In this document: positions 49,942 through 57,743 of the stretch, in pieces
How positions within the stretch are numbered: position 1 is the stretch's first letter
How the letters are laid out: each line of letters starts with the position of its first letter
Virus record (IMG/VR): IMGVR_UViG_3300042350_003822
Coordinates: 16,967-80,966 of that record
DNA: 64,000 nucleotides
Source of the DNA: a virus
Reading direction: 5' to 3' (one strand)
Program-made: the position numbers and the translations under genes
Notes under the pieces: generated by a model
Databases searched by the model: none
What the model was told of the DNA's origin: nothing
The model's input: only the letters and a program-made list of their open reading frames with translations

Positions 49942-51882
49942 ATGGCCGGCCTAGGTAAATTCTTCTCTAAGATAAAGACGCGTTCCCTCGCGGCCAGTCG
50001 TAGTGGCTCTAAAGTAGGCAAAGACGTTGCCAAAAGAGCCACTGCCCAAAAGCGTCTGAAGAGAATGGAGCGGAAGAAGGTCGGCCGCGCTATGCTGAAA
50101 AGCGCCTTGGGTCGTATGGGTCTCAATGCTGGAAGAATTGCCGGCAACGCTAAATCCCCAGTTGGAAGACTACTTCAATCGCCTGCAATGCGCGCTATGT
50201 CGATGGGAACGTTCGACATTACCCTTCCACCAATGGCTGGTGGCGAGCGTGCTAGTAGCGTTAATACTCCGTCTATCAGCACCCTGACTAGCCAACTTAA
50301 TAGTATTGCAGAGACTGCAGTAAGACTAGGAGCTATTACTCGGGAGCAGCAAGAAGCTCTAATCCGCCAGGCAAAAACCACAGAAGCACAATCAGCACAG
50401 ACCCAGCTTGAAGAGCCCAATGCAACTCCAATCCAGCCTGAAGGCGCCGGAGGGGGAATTGATCCTGGAGTCACTGCTACTGAAAAGCTTCTCGAATCAA
50501 TACTGAAACTTAAAGCTATAATTGACGATAAAGTCAAAGATCAGCAACAGAATAGTTTTGGTAATGTCTTTGTCGAATCTCTACTGGATAACCTAGGTCT
50601 CGGTGGCGCGAAGGAAGCGAGAGCCAATCAACGCAAGAGGCCCCGAGTTAAAGAAGGTGTTACGTCTAGGGATACTAAGACTGGAACATTGTTCTACGAG
50701 CAAAACGAAAGGGGAGGGATCAAAAAAGTCAAGGCAGAGGATGCTCTGACCAACTTCAAGACTGTTGAGAAGACCGATAGCTTTAAGTTAGATCGTGCAG
50801 CTGAGGTTCGCCAGGCTGAGGCTGTGCTAGGCAAGAAAGAGACTCTGACTGGTTCAAAGTCTACGAATAAGATTGCTTCTTCTATTGGTAGAGGTGTAAA
50901 CAAAGCCAAAGAAGCAGCTGGCGCAGCTTTGAGTGGCACCGGCAAAGTATCAAAGGCGGCAATCGAAAAGGTTGCAGGGCCGCTTGTAAGAAGCGCGATG
51001 GGCAAGACGGCAATTAAGTCGATCCCTCTTGTAGGGGCGGCTGCAGGCGGCCTATTCGCTATTGGGAAGCTGTTGCAAGGTGATGTGGTTGGAGCTGGAC
51101 TCGAGGCAGCATCTGGTCTTGGTGGACCTCTCACAGCTATTCCTTCCATGGTTGCTTCACTTGCTCGTGACACATATATGGGTGTGTTTGGCGTAGCTCC
51201 CGAATCCGATCCAATGTTTGGTATGAAGATGGGTCTTGTTACAGGGGTGCTGACTACACTTGTGACGTCTGCTCTCTCAAACCTAACAGGCTCAGATGAA
51301 AAGGCACCCGCGTCAGATGCAACAAAGGCTCCCGACATTCCAACTACTGCGCCCAAGGCAGCACCAGCCCAGGCAACCAAACAATCAGCTCCCACCCCAT
51401 CTGCACTAGCGGATACGGGCGGTGCAGGGTCTCAGGCAGCTGCAGGTGGAGAGTCGGGAGGTGCAGGGTCTCAGGCAGCTGCAGGTGGAGAGTCGGGAGG
51501 TTCTCAAGCAGCTCCAAGTGGTGGTTCGTCGGCCTCTCCTGCTCCCACACCACAACCAGCTGGATCTGGTGGATCGGATGCTGCAACACAATCTCCAATG
51601 GCTCAAGCGCCGGTTACAGGCCTGTCCCCAGGAGCCTCAAAGCCCGTTGAACAACCCGGCACTAAATCTGGCGCGGCAATCGCAGCAGCTTCAGCAGACA
51701 CGTCACCAGCCGGCTCTATGCAAGGAGGCGGTGGTACATCTATGCCTAGACCGTCTAATACACCCACAACAAAGGGTAGAGCGAAGGGGATGGGTAATGT
51801 TCCCGAGCCAACGTATCTTGGTATGGGCGATATCGTTAAGCAACTGTACTTTGGTGCAGTTGCAGGAGCAATGGCAGCATGA
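49942..51882 (+). CDS. Tape-measure-like/baseplate hub protein
   Basis: Position after gp26/51; helical; hydrophobic KSIPLVGAAAGGLFAI...GDVVGAGLE segment; long P/A/S/G linker. Confidence 0.6.
   Translation: MAGLGKFFSKIKTRSLAASRSGSKVGKDVAKRATAQKRLKRMERKKVGRAMLKSALGRMGLNAGRIAGNAKSPVGRLLQSPAMRAMSMGTFDITLPPMAGGERASSVNTPSISTLTSQLNSIAETAVRLGAITREQQEALIRQAKTTEAQSAQTQLEEPNATPIQPEGAGGGIDPGVTATEKLLESILKLKAIIDDKVKDQQQNSFGNVFVESLLDNLGLGGAKEARANQRKRPRVKEGVTSRDTKTGTLFYEQNERGGIKKVKAEDALTNFKTVEKTDSFKLDRAAEVRQAEAVLGKKETLTGSKSTNKIASSIGRGVNKAKEAAGAALSGTGKVSKAAIEKVAGPLVRSAMGKTAIKSIPLVGAAAGGLFAIGKLLQGDVVGAGLEAASGLGGPLTAIPSMVASLARDTYMGVFGVAPESDPMFGMKMGLVTGVLTTLVTSALSNLTGSDEKAPASDATKAPDIPTTAPKAAPAQATKQSAPTPSALADTGGAGSQAAAGGESGGAGSQAAAGGESGGSQAAPSGGSSASPAPTPQPAGSGGSDAATQSPMAQAPVTGLSPGASKPVEQPGTKSGAAIAAASADTSPAGSMQGGGGTSMPRPSNTPTTKGRAKGMGNVPEPTYLGMGDIVKQLYFGAVAGAMAA
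51421..51498. repeat. Exact 39-bp tandem duplication
   Basis: ggtgcagggtctcaggcagctgcaggtggagagtcggga x2 (GAGSQAAAGGESG). Confidence 0.95.
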
Positions 51883-54065
51883 AGATGGATACGGACACAA
51901 GAGACACTATCAAGTCCAAATTTCTTTTGGGATCGGGATCTGAAGATCAGGTAATCCCAAAGCAGACTCTTACCGAGATGTCTTCATCTCTCACATCGAT
52001 TGGAACTTCCTTCAATCGGATGTCAGCTTACACCAGCAATATTCTTCGTGTTCAAGCAGCTATGCAAAAGGCTGCAATCATGAGCATGAAGAAAGCAAAG
52101 TCTCCACTCGAAGCTCTGCAGGTTATGGACAGTGGCAACCAGTCGTCGATCGACGAAAAGCTGGTTGAAGTCTTTCCTCAGCTGACTAAGGTTATTAATG
52201 AAGTACACAAAAGTTTACAAAAGCTCGATCTGACAGATGAAGCAAACGCTCCTGACAATGCAGCAAAGGGATCTACTACTCAAGCCGTTCCTACTCAACC
52301 TGTTGTTGAAGATCCTCTACCAGAAGTCAAGGTAGAAGAGAAGAATAAAGCCAAGATTGCAGTAAAGAAGCAGAACGAGAGAACTAAAGGTACACGCAGG
52401 CCTGCTAAGCCTACGTCAGAGATTGCTAAGAAGAGTAGCGAAAAGACTATCAAGCCTCAGGCGTCTACAAAAGGAAAGACCGAGGCAAAGGTAGAGAAGC
52501 AGCTTACACAGAATGCAACGAAAGCTGTTGATAAAGGTAATGCAGGTGCTTCGCCGGCGGCGAAGGCTCAGCCCACAAGTGACACGCGTGGCAGTAGTTG
52601 GACTTCGAAGCTCTCAGACTTTATTGGTGAGTCTGTTACCAATGTTCAATCTTCAATAGCTGATTTCTTAGCTAACATAGGTAAATTCGTCGGTGGCGAT
52701 GGAAATGCTGCCCAAGCTTTGGCTGGTACAGCTGTAGCAGGTGTGGGCACTGCTGGACTCGCTGCGGGAAGTCTTCTAAGTAGTGAAACTGCCGGAGGCG
52801 AGGGTTTCCCAGGTGCAAATGGCAAAGTTGCTGAAGCAGGCAAAGGATACACTACGATTGATTATAATTCCGGTAGAGTTGAAAAGCGAATTGGTTCTCG
52901 CAATTGGAGAAACCACAATCCCGGAAATTTAGAATATGGTAGTTTCGCTAAGAAGTTCAATGCTATAGGCACTGATGGAAGATTTGCGGTATTCCCTGCA
53001 TATCAAGATGGAAGGAAGGCAAAGGAAGCCTTACTCTTTCAGGGTAAAAATTACAAAGACTTGACAATCGGTCAGGCTATATCAAGATACGCCCCTCCCT
53101 CAGAAAATAATACTAGAAATTACATTAACAGTGTGGTAAAAGCTACGGGCGCAAGTTCTGAAACTTCCCTTCAGTCATTGTCTTCTAATCAACGAGGTGC
53201 AATGCTTGGGGCGATGGAAAAGATAGAGGGGTTCAAAGCTGGAACTGTTCAAGTAATAAAAGCGGGTAACACGAGCGCTGCTGGTGGTGGCCAGTCAGTG
53301 GGAGGAGCGCCTAGTGAGGCAGCCTCTGCCGGCAAGCAAGCTCCTGGTGCCGCAGGCTTCAACGACAACGTGAAGGCTGTTAAAGGTAACATTAAACAGT
53401 TTGCAAATTTTGGATCTGGTGTGAATTACGAGGGCCTGAAAGACCCCGTGAAGCGTAGATTCACTGCGATGGCTGCTGAGCATTATCAAAAGACAGGTAA
53501 GAAAGTTCAAATCAACTCTGCTTTGAGAACAAGAGCAGATCAAGAAAGACTATTCAAGCAATACGGTCCTAAACGTGCAGCTCCTCCAGGCAGATCACTT
53601 CACGAATCTGGCGTTGCTATTGACGTCAATACTCCTGACGTTCAGCGCCTTGAGAAACTAGGTCTTCTCAAGAAATATGGTTTCTGGCTTCCTTACTTTC
53701 CAAAAGAAACATGGCACCTCGAACCAGTAGAAGGCTCGAGAGTCAAGGGTCAGTCCGATAACCCTTACAATCCTGGAGCTCCTATTGTCCTGAAAGAAAA
53801 GGGTAAAGCAGTAGTTCAAGATTCTACTGGTAAAAGTAAACCCATTACAGATCCTAAGAAGCAGGTTGGTCCTGTGGCCACTGGTATGGCTATTCAGAAG
53901 AAGGTCGGTGACAAGACTGTGATTCAGAATCAACCAGGCCCTATCATAGCGCCTAGTGGTGGCAATCCTCTTAGCTATCTCGCTGGAATGAAGCCAGCGA
54001 AAGGTATCACAACGCATAACGTCAATACAGCAGACGACTACAAAGCCTACTTCAACGCAGCATAA
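51879..54065 (+). CDS. Virion-associated peptidoglycan hydrolase: lysozyme-like domain plus M15 (VanY-like) peptidase
   Basis: RNHNPGNL...GRFAVF...YAPPSENNT..Y; INSALRT...Q...SLHESGVAID...ETWH. Confidence 0.82.
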   Translation: MKMDTDTRDTIKSKFLLGSGSEDQVIPKQTLTEMSSSLTSIGTSFNRMSAYTSNILRVQAAMQKAAIMSMKKAKSPLEALQVMDSGNQSSIDEKLVEVFPQLTKVINEVHKSLQKLDLTDEANAPDNAAKGSTTQAVPTQPVVEDPLPEVKVEEKNKAKIAVKKQNERTKGTRRPAKPTSEIAKKSSEKTIKPQASTKGKTEAKVEKQLTQNATKAVDKGNAGASPAAKAQPTSDTRGSSWTSKLSDFIGESVTNVQSSIADFLANIGKFVGGDGNAAQALAGTAVAGVGTAGLAAGSLLSSETAGGEGFPGANGKVAEAGKGYTTIDYNSGRVEKRIGSRNWRNHNPGNLEYGSFAKKFNAIGTDGRFAVFPAYQDGRKAKEALLFQGKNYKDLTIGQAISRYAPPSENNTRNYINSVVKATGASSETSLQSLSSNQRGAMLGAMEKIEGFKAGTVQVIKAGNTSAAGGGQSVGGAPSEAASAGKQAPGAAGFNDNVKAVKGNIKQFANFGSGVNYEGLKDPVKRRFTAMAAEHYQKTGKKVQINSALRTRADQERLFKQYGPKRAAPPGRSLHESGVAIDVNTPDVQRLEKLGLLKKYGFWLPYFPKETWHLEPVEGSRVKGQSDNPYNPGAPIVLKEKGKAVVQDSTGKSKPITDPKKQVGPVATGMAIQKKVGDKTVIQNQPGPIIAPSGGNPLSYLAGMKPAKGITTHNVNTADDYKAYFNAA

Positions 54066-54091
54066 AAAAGGGGGACCGAAGCCCCCCTTTT
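54064..54091 (-). terminator. Intrinsic terminator with cUUCGg loop (likely bidirectional)
   Basis: minus strand AAAAGGGGGG-CTTCGG-TCCCCCTTTTTT between convergent genes. Confidence 0.9.
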
Positions 54092-54093
54092 CC

Positions 54094-55002
54094 TTAGTCG
54101 TCGTCTGCTAGAGACTTGAAGAAGTCTAGCCCGATGTCGTCATCTTCATCGTCGACTGCTTGTGGCATAGGCTTCGGCTCGGCTGCCTTGAAGGGCGGCG
54201 GAGCAGAGAACCCATGATCAAGCTCTGGCTTGTACTGAGTGGTCTCACCGATACCACCAACACCAAGAACCTTATTCAGACGAACGTTAAGCTCATCATA
54301 GGTCTTGAAGTTCTTTGGATCGATGATCTCAGCGAGCGAGTACTGTGACTGCCAGATGCGCTCAAGAGCGTCATCGTCGTTAAGCAGAGGTGCTGCATCC
54401 GAGAATTCCGACTTATCGTAGTTACGATAGCCCTCGACCTTACGAATCTTGAGCTTGAAGTCAGCTCCAGTCCACAGATCGAATGGGTTGATGGGCTTCT
54501 CATCCTCGAACTGAGGATTCATCATGTCGTTGATCTTATCGAAGATCTTCTTGCCGTACTTGAACAGGAAGACCTTGCCTTCGTTCTCAGGGTTAGCAGG
54601 ATCCTTGACAACGTAGATGTTCGAGTAGAACGTCAGCTGACGCTTCTGCTTACGAACAGTCTCCTTATCAGAATCAATGCCAGAATTCCAGAGCTTGGAA
54701 TTCATCTCGCCAACAGGATCGGGCTTGCCAATTGTCGACAGCGAGTTCTCGATGTACCAACCACCAGGACCCTGGAAGCCGTGATGCCACATGCGAACAA
54801 ATGGCATGTCCTCTCCACCAGGTGCAGGCAGGAAGCGGATCACAGCATATCCATTACCAGCCTTATCAGCCTGGATGGACCACAAACGATCATCTTTGTT
54901 GCTTGCGCCCCCAGTGGGCTTGTTGAGCTTCTCGAGCTCTGACTTCATCCGGTCCATGTTGGATCCGGCCGAACGCTTAAGGTCTGCGAATGAACTTGTC
55001 AT
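54094..55002 (-). CDS. gp32: Single-stranded DNA-binding protein gp32
   Basis: DKAGNGYAVIRFLP, HGFQGPGGWYIENSL.T, YGKKIFDKI, NPFDLW.GA.FKLKI, NYDKSEF, acidic tail. Confidence 0.97.
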   Translation of the reverse strand: MTSSFADLKRSAGSNMDRMKSELEKLNKPTGGASNKDDRLWSIQADKAGNGYAVIRFLPAPGGEDMPFVRMWHHGFQGPGGWYIENSLSTIGKPDPVGEMNSKLWNSGIDSDKETVRKQKRQLTFYSNIYVVKDPANPENEGKVFLFKYGKKIFDKINDMMNPQFEDEKPINPFDLWTGADFKLKIRKVEGYRNYDKSEFSDAAPLLNDDDALERIWQSQYSLAEIIDPKNFKTYDELNVRLNKVLGVGGIGETTQYKPELDHGFSAPPPFKAAEPKPMPQAVDDEDDDIGLDFFKSLADDD

Positions 55003-55079
55003 GTATTTTCTCCATATGATTTACGTATTGTTGTGTGTTTTTTCATGTCCACATTATTCATAATATACAACTACTTATA
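55003..55079 (-). promoter_or_regulatory. gp32 leader: late-promoter variant TATAAGTA, putative pseudoknot and A/C-rich tract
   Basis: TATAAGTA 55072-79; TTATG/CATGA stem with loop TGTG complementary to downstream CACA; GGAG SD. Confidence 0.5.
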
Positions 55080-55082
55080 TAA

Positions 55083-55313
55083 TTACAACGGTAGTTTCGC
55101 TGTCTTAGGAAGAAGATTGAGTTCTTCTCCCTCGTTTTGAATAATGGCTTTGAACTTACCATTACTCTTAATAATGGCTGCGGCAGTCTCTATCTCGAGA
55201 TTGTTCTTCTCGCAATAGTGGACCACCGCATCCATATAGTCAGTCCTGAGCTCACACACGAGTGCTTCAATGTCTGCATAAAAATTAAGTGGTGTTAGCT
55301 TTTGGATCATCAT
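55083..55313 (-). CDS. gp33: Late transcription coactivator gp33
   Basis: F...IE.LV......YMDAVVHYCE.N.LEIE.AA...E.EELNLLPKTAKLP. Confidence 0.9.
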   Translation of the reverse strand: MMIQKLTPLNFYADIEALVCELRTDYMDAVVHYCEKNNLEIETAAAIIKSNGKFKAIIQNEGEELNLLPKTAKLPL

Positions 55314-55318
55314 TAAGT

Positions 55319-55888
55319 TTATCCTCTATAGAAAATATGCGCACCGATCTTTGTGGTGCGATCAAAAACTCTACCCCAGGAAGGGCTGACATAATCTGCA
55401 TGGTAGAACTTAGCACCATGTGTCACGTCCCCATAGTTTCCTAGGTATACGTTTTCAGCAATCTGCTTGGCCTTACGAAAGGCAGCTTGATCCCGAATAT
55501 GTTTTCTTCCCTCACACTTCCATGAAAACTGGCATACGCCTCGAGCCTTTTGATTAATGACTCCACAGGGTGTGCTAGGGAAACGCTTATCGTTCGCACG
55601 GTTCAATACAACATTGTTTACTGCGATCCGACCCTTGATAGGTTCGTGAGCGGCTTCAAAATACGTATTGGTTGCCATGCATTGTATTTGTTGTTTGTCA
55701 TGCTTGTTTAGATAAACAGGCTGTTTAACAATGACTTCTTTCTCTACTACCTGTATCTGCGGAATCTTTACTATCTTAACTTTAGTGGGTGTTATTAACG
55801 CAACCCCTATAACAGCCACGACTCCGATAAGGAAGCCTTCCGTCCAACGTAGATAAGGAAAGTCTTTTCTGTTTACAAACAGTTTCAT
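55319..55888 (-). CDS. SleB/Hydrolase_2 cell-wall hydrolase with N-terminal membrane segment
   Basis: CMATNTYFEA..EP..G.IAV..VVLNR...FP...CGVI.Q...CQFSW, GAKFYHADYVSPSW, IGAHIFY. Confidence 0.92.
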   Translation of the reverse strand: MKLFVNRKDFPYLRWTEGFLIGVVAVIGVALITPTKVKIVKIPQIQVVEKEVIVKQPVYLNKHDKQQIQCMATNTYFEAAHEPIKGRIAVNNVVLNRANDKRFPSTPCGVINQKARGVCQFSWKCEGRKHIRDQAAFRKAKQIAENVYLGNYGDVTHGAKFYHADYVSPSWGRVFDRTTKIGAHIFYRG

Positions 55889-55897
55889 TTGTACCTC

Positions 55898-56163
55898 TTA
55901 GGTCAAATGACTTTGGCAGATAGTGACAGCTTTAGAGGAGTGTCTCAACTCCAACTGTAATTATCGCTATGAGAAGATACAAAATGCAATACCAAAGGTA
56001 TCTTCCATCCATCCCTCTCTTACTAGGAATGCAAAATCATTATTGTTTCGTCGGTGGAATTATCATCGATCTGAGATCTGTAATAATTCCGCTTTCTTAG
56101 CCAACTTTGACTTGAAGCTATTGTAAGAGTCAATGGAGGGTGTCAGCCTCCTTGGTAACCTAA
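55898..56163 (-). ncRNA. Highly structured ~270-nt RNA / 5' leader of the SleB gene (family not recognised)
   Basis: Starts right after TATAAATA; closing stem UUAGGUUA/UGACCUAA; at least seven nested helices, with G-U wobbles valid on the minus strand. Confidence 0.7.
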
Positions 56164-56171
56164 TATTTATA
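56164..56171 (-). promoter_or_regulatory. T4-type late promoter TATAAATA
   Basis: Exact consensus. Confidence 0.85.
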
Positions 56172-56217
56172 TTACTGAAATTGTAGTTCGAGCCGTCTAT
56201 CGTGTTTTTAGACCGGT

Positions 56218-56634
56218 TCACAGACCCGCTTTCTTCACGAGGTCTTTGTACCCACGCCACGACGGATGAATATTATCTGGCTCAACATAAGACGTAGAGA
56301 TGATATTATCTCCATACTTAGCAGCAATGTCTTTTACGTTTTGGTTGATCTGTGGCTTACAGAAGCCCTTATTACATGGTGGCATGACCCACACAACCTT
56401 GACAGAGCGGATTCGATATCGAATCTTCGATAGCTCTCTGAAAGTATTTACGCCGTTATGATCGTTGGTGCCAAGACTGATCACAATCGTGTTGGCTTTG
56501 AGTGGAGTGCTACCCCACTTACGATTCCATTGCCGTGTATTCCAACCACCTTTGGAATATGAAACACATTCGGTTGGAGCAAACATCTTAGTGCCCACAG
56601 CAATGGAATCGCCAATAATCAAACACTCGAGCAT
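56218..56634 (-). CDS. SGNH/GDSL hydrolase (esterase)
   Basis: IIGDSIA (block I), ISLGTND (block III), DNIHP (block V). Confidence 0.85.
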   Translation of the reverse strand: MLECLIIGDSIAVGTKMFAPTECVSYSKGGWNTRQWNRKWGSTPLKANTIVISLGTNDHNGVNTFRELSKIRYRIRSVKVVWVMPPCNKGFCKPQINQNVKDIAAKYGDNIISTSYVEPDNIHPSWRGYKDLVKKAGL

Positions 56635-56643
56635 GCTAGTCTA

Positions 56644-56844
56644 TTAGTTACTATCGACAAAAGACTTTAATTTTGCCGCCTCGGCAATAATTTCTTCGGT
56701 GGTTGGAAACGTAGGAGCTTCCGGAACTGGCAATTTGCTATTAATAGCAACATCTCGTGCTTCACGGGCATTATAAAACCGGGCGTTTACTTGATCTTGC
56801 GCAAGTTTAAGCATCTCCATACGGAGAACATAAGGTGTAGTCAT
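56644..56844 (-). CDS. Small conserved phage protein
   Basis: PY.LR.EMLKLA...FPTTEEII.EA.KL.SFV; AAGGA SD preceded by ACACAC-rich leader. Confidence 0.75.
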   Translation of the reverse strand: MTTPYVLRMEMLKLAQDQVNARFYNAREARDVAINSKLPVPEAPTFPTTEEIIAEAAKLKSFVDSN

Positions 56845-56890
56845 TTTAATATCCTTTTGTGTGTATGTGTTGTGTGTTGGTAAACTTTTT

Positions 56891-56932
56891 TATAAATAGA
56901 TGGTAGTCGCGGACTGGCATCCCACTACCTCT
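56891..56932 (+). promoter_or_regulatory. Late promoter TATAAATA followed by leader hairpin for the HNH gene
   Basis: TATAAATA 56891-98; GGTAGT-CGC-GGA-CTGGCA-TCC-C-ACTACC; AGGAG SD follows. Confidence 0.7.
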
Positions 56933-56954
56933 AACACTTTCTAGGAGTATCAGC

Positions 56955-57446
56955 ATGACTATTTATTATCACGTACATCACATTATCCCAAGGCATATGG
57001 GTGGTACTGACGACCCTGATAACCTAATAAAACTCACAGTAGAAGAGCATGCCGAAGCCCATAGACTTCTATATGAGAAATACGGCAATGAATTCGACAA
57101 AATTGCGTGGCTTGGTCTTACTAAAAGTATAACGAAGCAAGAAGCGATGAGACTTGCTCAGAGCGAGGGTGGTAAAAAGAAAAAACCACCTAGGTCAAAA
57201 GAGCATAAAGAAAAATTGTCAAAAGCTGGTATGGGGCGTATTGTCTCCAACGAAACCCGAAAGAAGTTGGTAAAAGCATCTACTGGGGTAAAGCGTTCAG
57301 AAGAAACCCGTAAGAAAATGTCTGACTCCCATAAAGGACAGCGAAGACCCCACACAGAAGATGCTAAAAGAAAAATTTCAGAAGCACGTCGTAGAAGAGT
57401 ACTGGTTGATTCTGTTTCAAAGCTCAACCAGCAAAGCTCATGTTAG
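56955..57446 (+). CDS. Free-standing HNH homing endonuclease with NUMOD3 repeats
   Basis: HHIIPRHMGGTDDPDNL..LT.EEH..AH; repeats SKEHKEKLS, SNETRKKL, SEETRKKMSDSHKG, HTEDAKRKISEA. Confidence 0.9.
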   Translation: MTIYYHVHHIIPRHMGGTDDPDNLIKLTVEEHAEAHRLLYEKYGNEFDKIAWLGLTKSITKQEAMRLAQSEGGKKKKPPRSKEHKEKLSKAGMGRIVSNETRKKLVKASTGVKRSEETRKKMSDSHKGQRRPHTEDAKRKISEARRRRVLVDSVSKLNQQSSC

Positions 57447-57732
57447 ATTAGGCAGCTAGTGCGTAATTAACAATATCGTTATCATTAGATGCGACATTTA
57501 GTTTTTATGATCGTACTCGATCAACGAATCAGTCTCGAACCGCCCTATTCAACGAAAATCGATATCCTGGTCACCCCCATCATAGATACACCATTTAGTC
57601 TTACTGCGTAGTATGCCGAAGCGCCCATAAGACCAGTCTTTCGGTCCACACTGTGGTGTATCTATGGTGGAGGTGGAGGGAGTCGAACCCTCGTCTTTCC
57701 GCCTTTATTGTTGATTGTCAACAACTGATATA
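57400..57732 (-). ncRNA. ssrA: Two-piece (circularly permuted) tmRNA gene
   Basis: Acceptor piece ~57732-57665 ending GAGGG-TTCGACT-CCCTC-CACCTCC-ACCA; intervening segment 57664-57579; coding piece begins GGGGGTG at 57578 (G3-U70 pair); tag ORF 57492-57448 = ASNDNDIVNYALAA*; 3' end approximate. Confidence 0.93.
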
Positions 57733-57733
57733 C

Positions 57734-57741
57734 TATTTATA
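57734..57741 (-). promoter_or_regulatory. T4-type late promoter TATAAATA for tmRNA
   Basis: Exact consensus immediately 5' of the acceptor piece. Confidence 0.85.
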
Positions 57742-57743
57742 GT

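Noticed and set aside
55898-56163. Group I intron, RNase P or known ribozyme identity for the structured RNA
   Set aside because: It does not interrupt a gene and I could not find the conserved cores by eye; a covariance-model search is still needed
55923-56260. Short ORFs (67 aa plus, 65 aa minus) in the SleB upstream region
   Set aside because: No SD or recognisable motifs; the minus ORF spans the late promoter; dense base-pairing explains the region better
57665-57700. tRNA gene or integration attP remnant
   Set aside because: T-arm and CCA have no D-arm or anticodon arm upstream and pair with the downstream GGGGGTG, so this is the tmRNA acceptor piece
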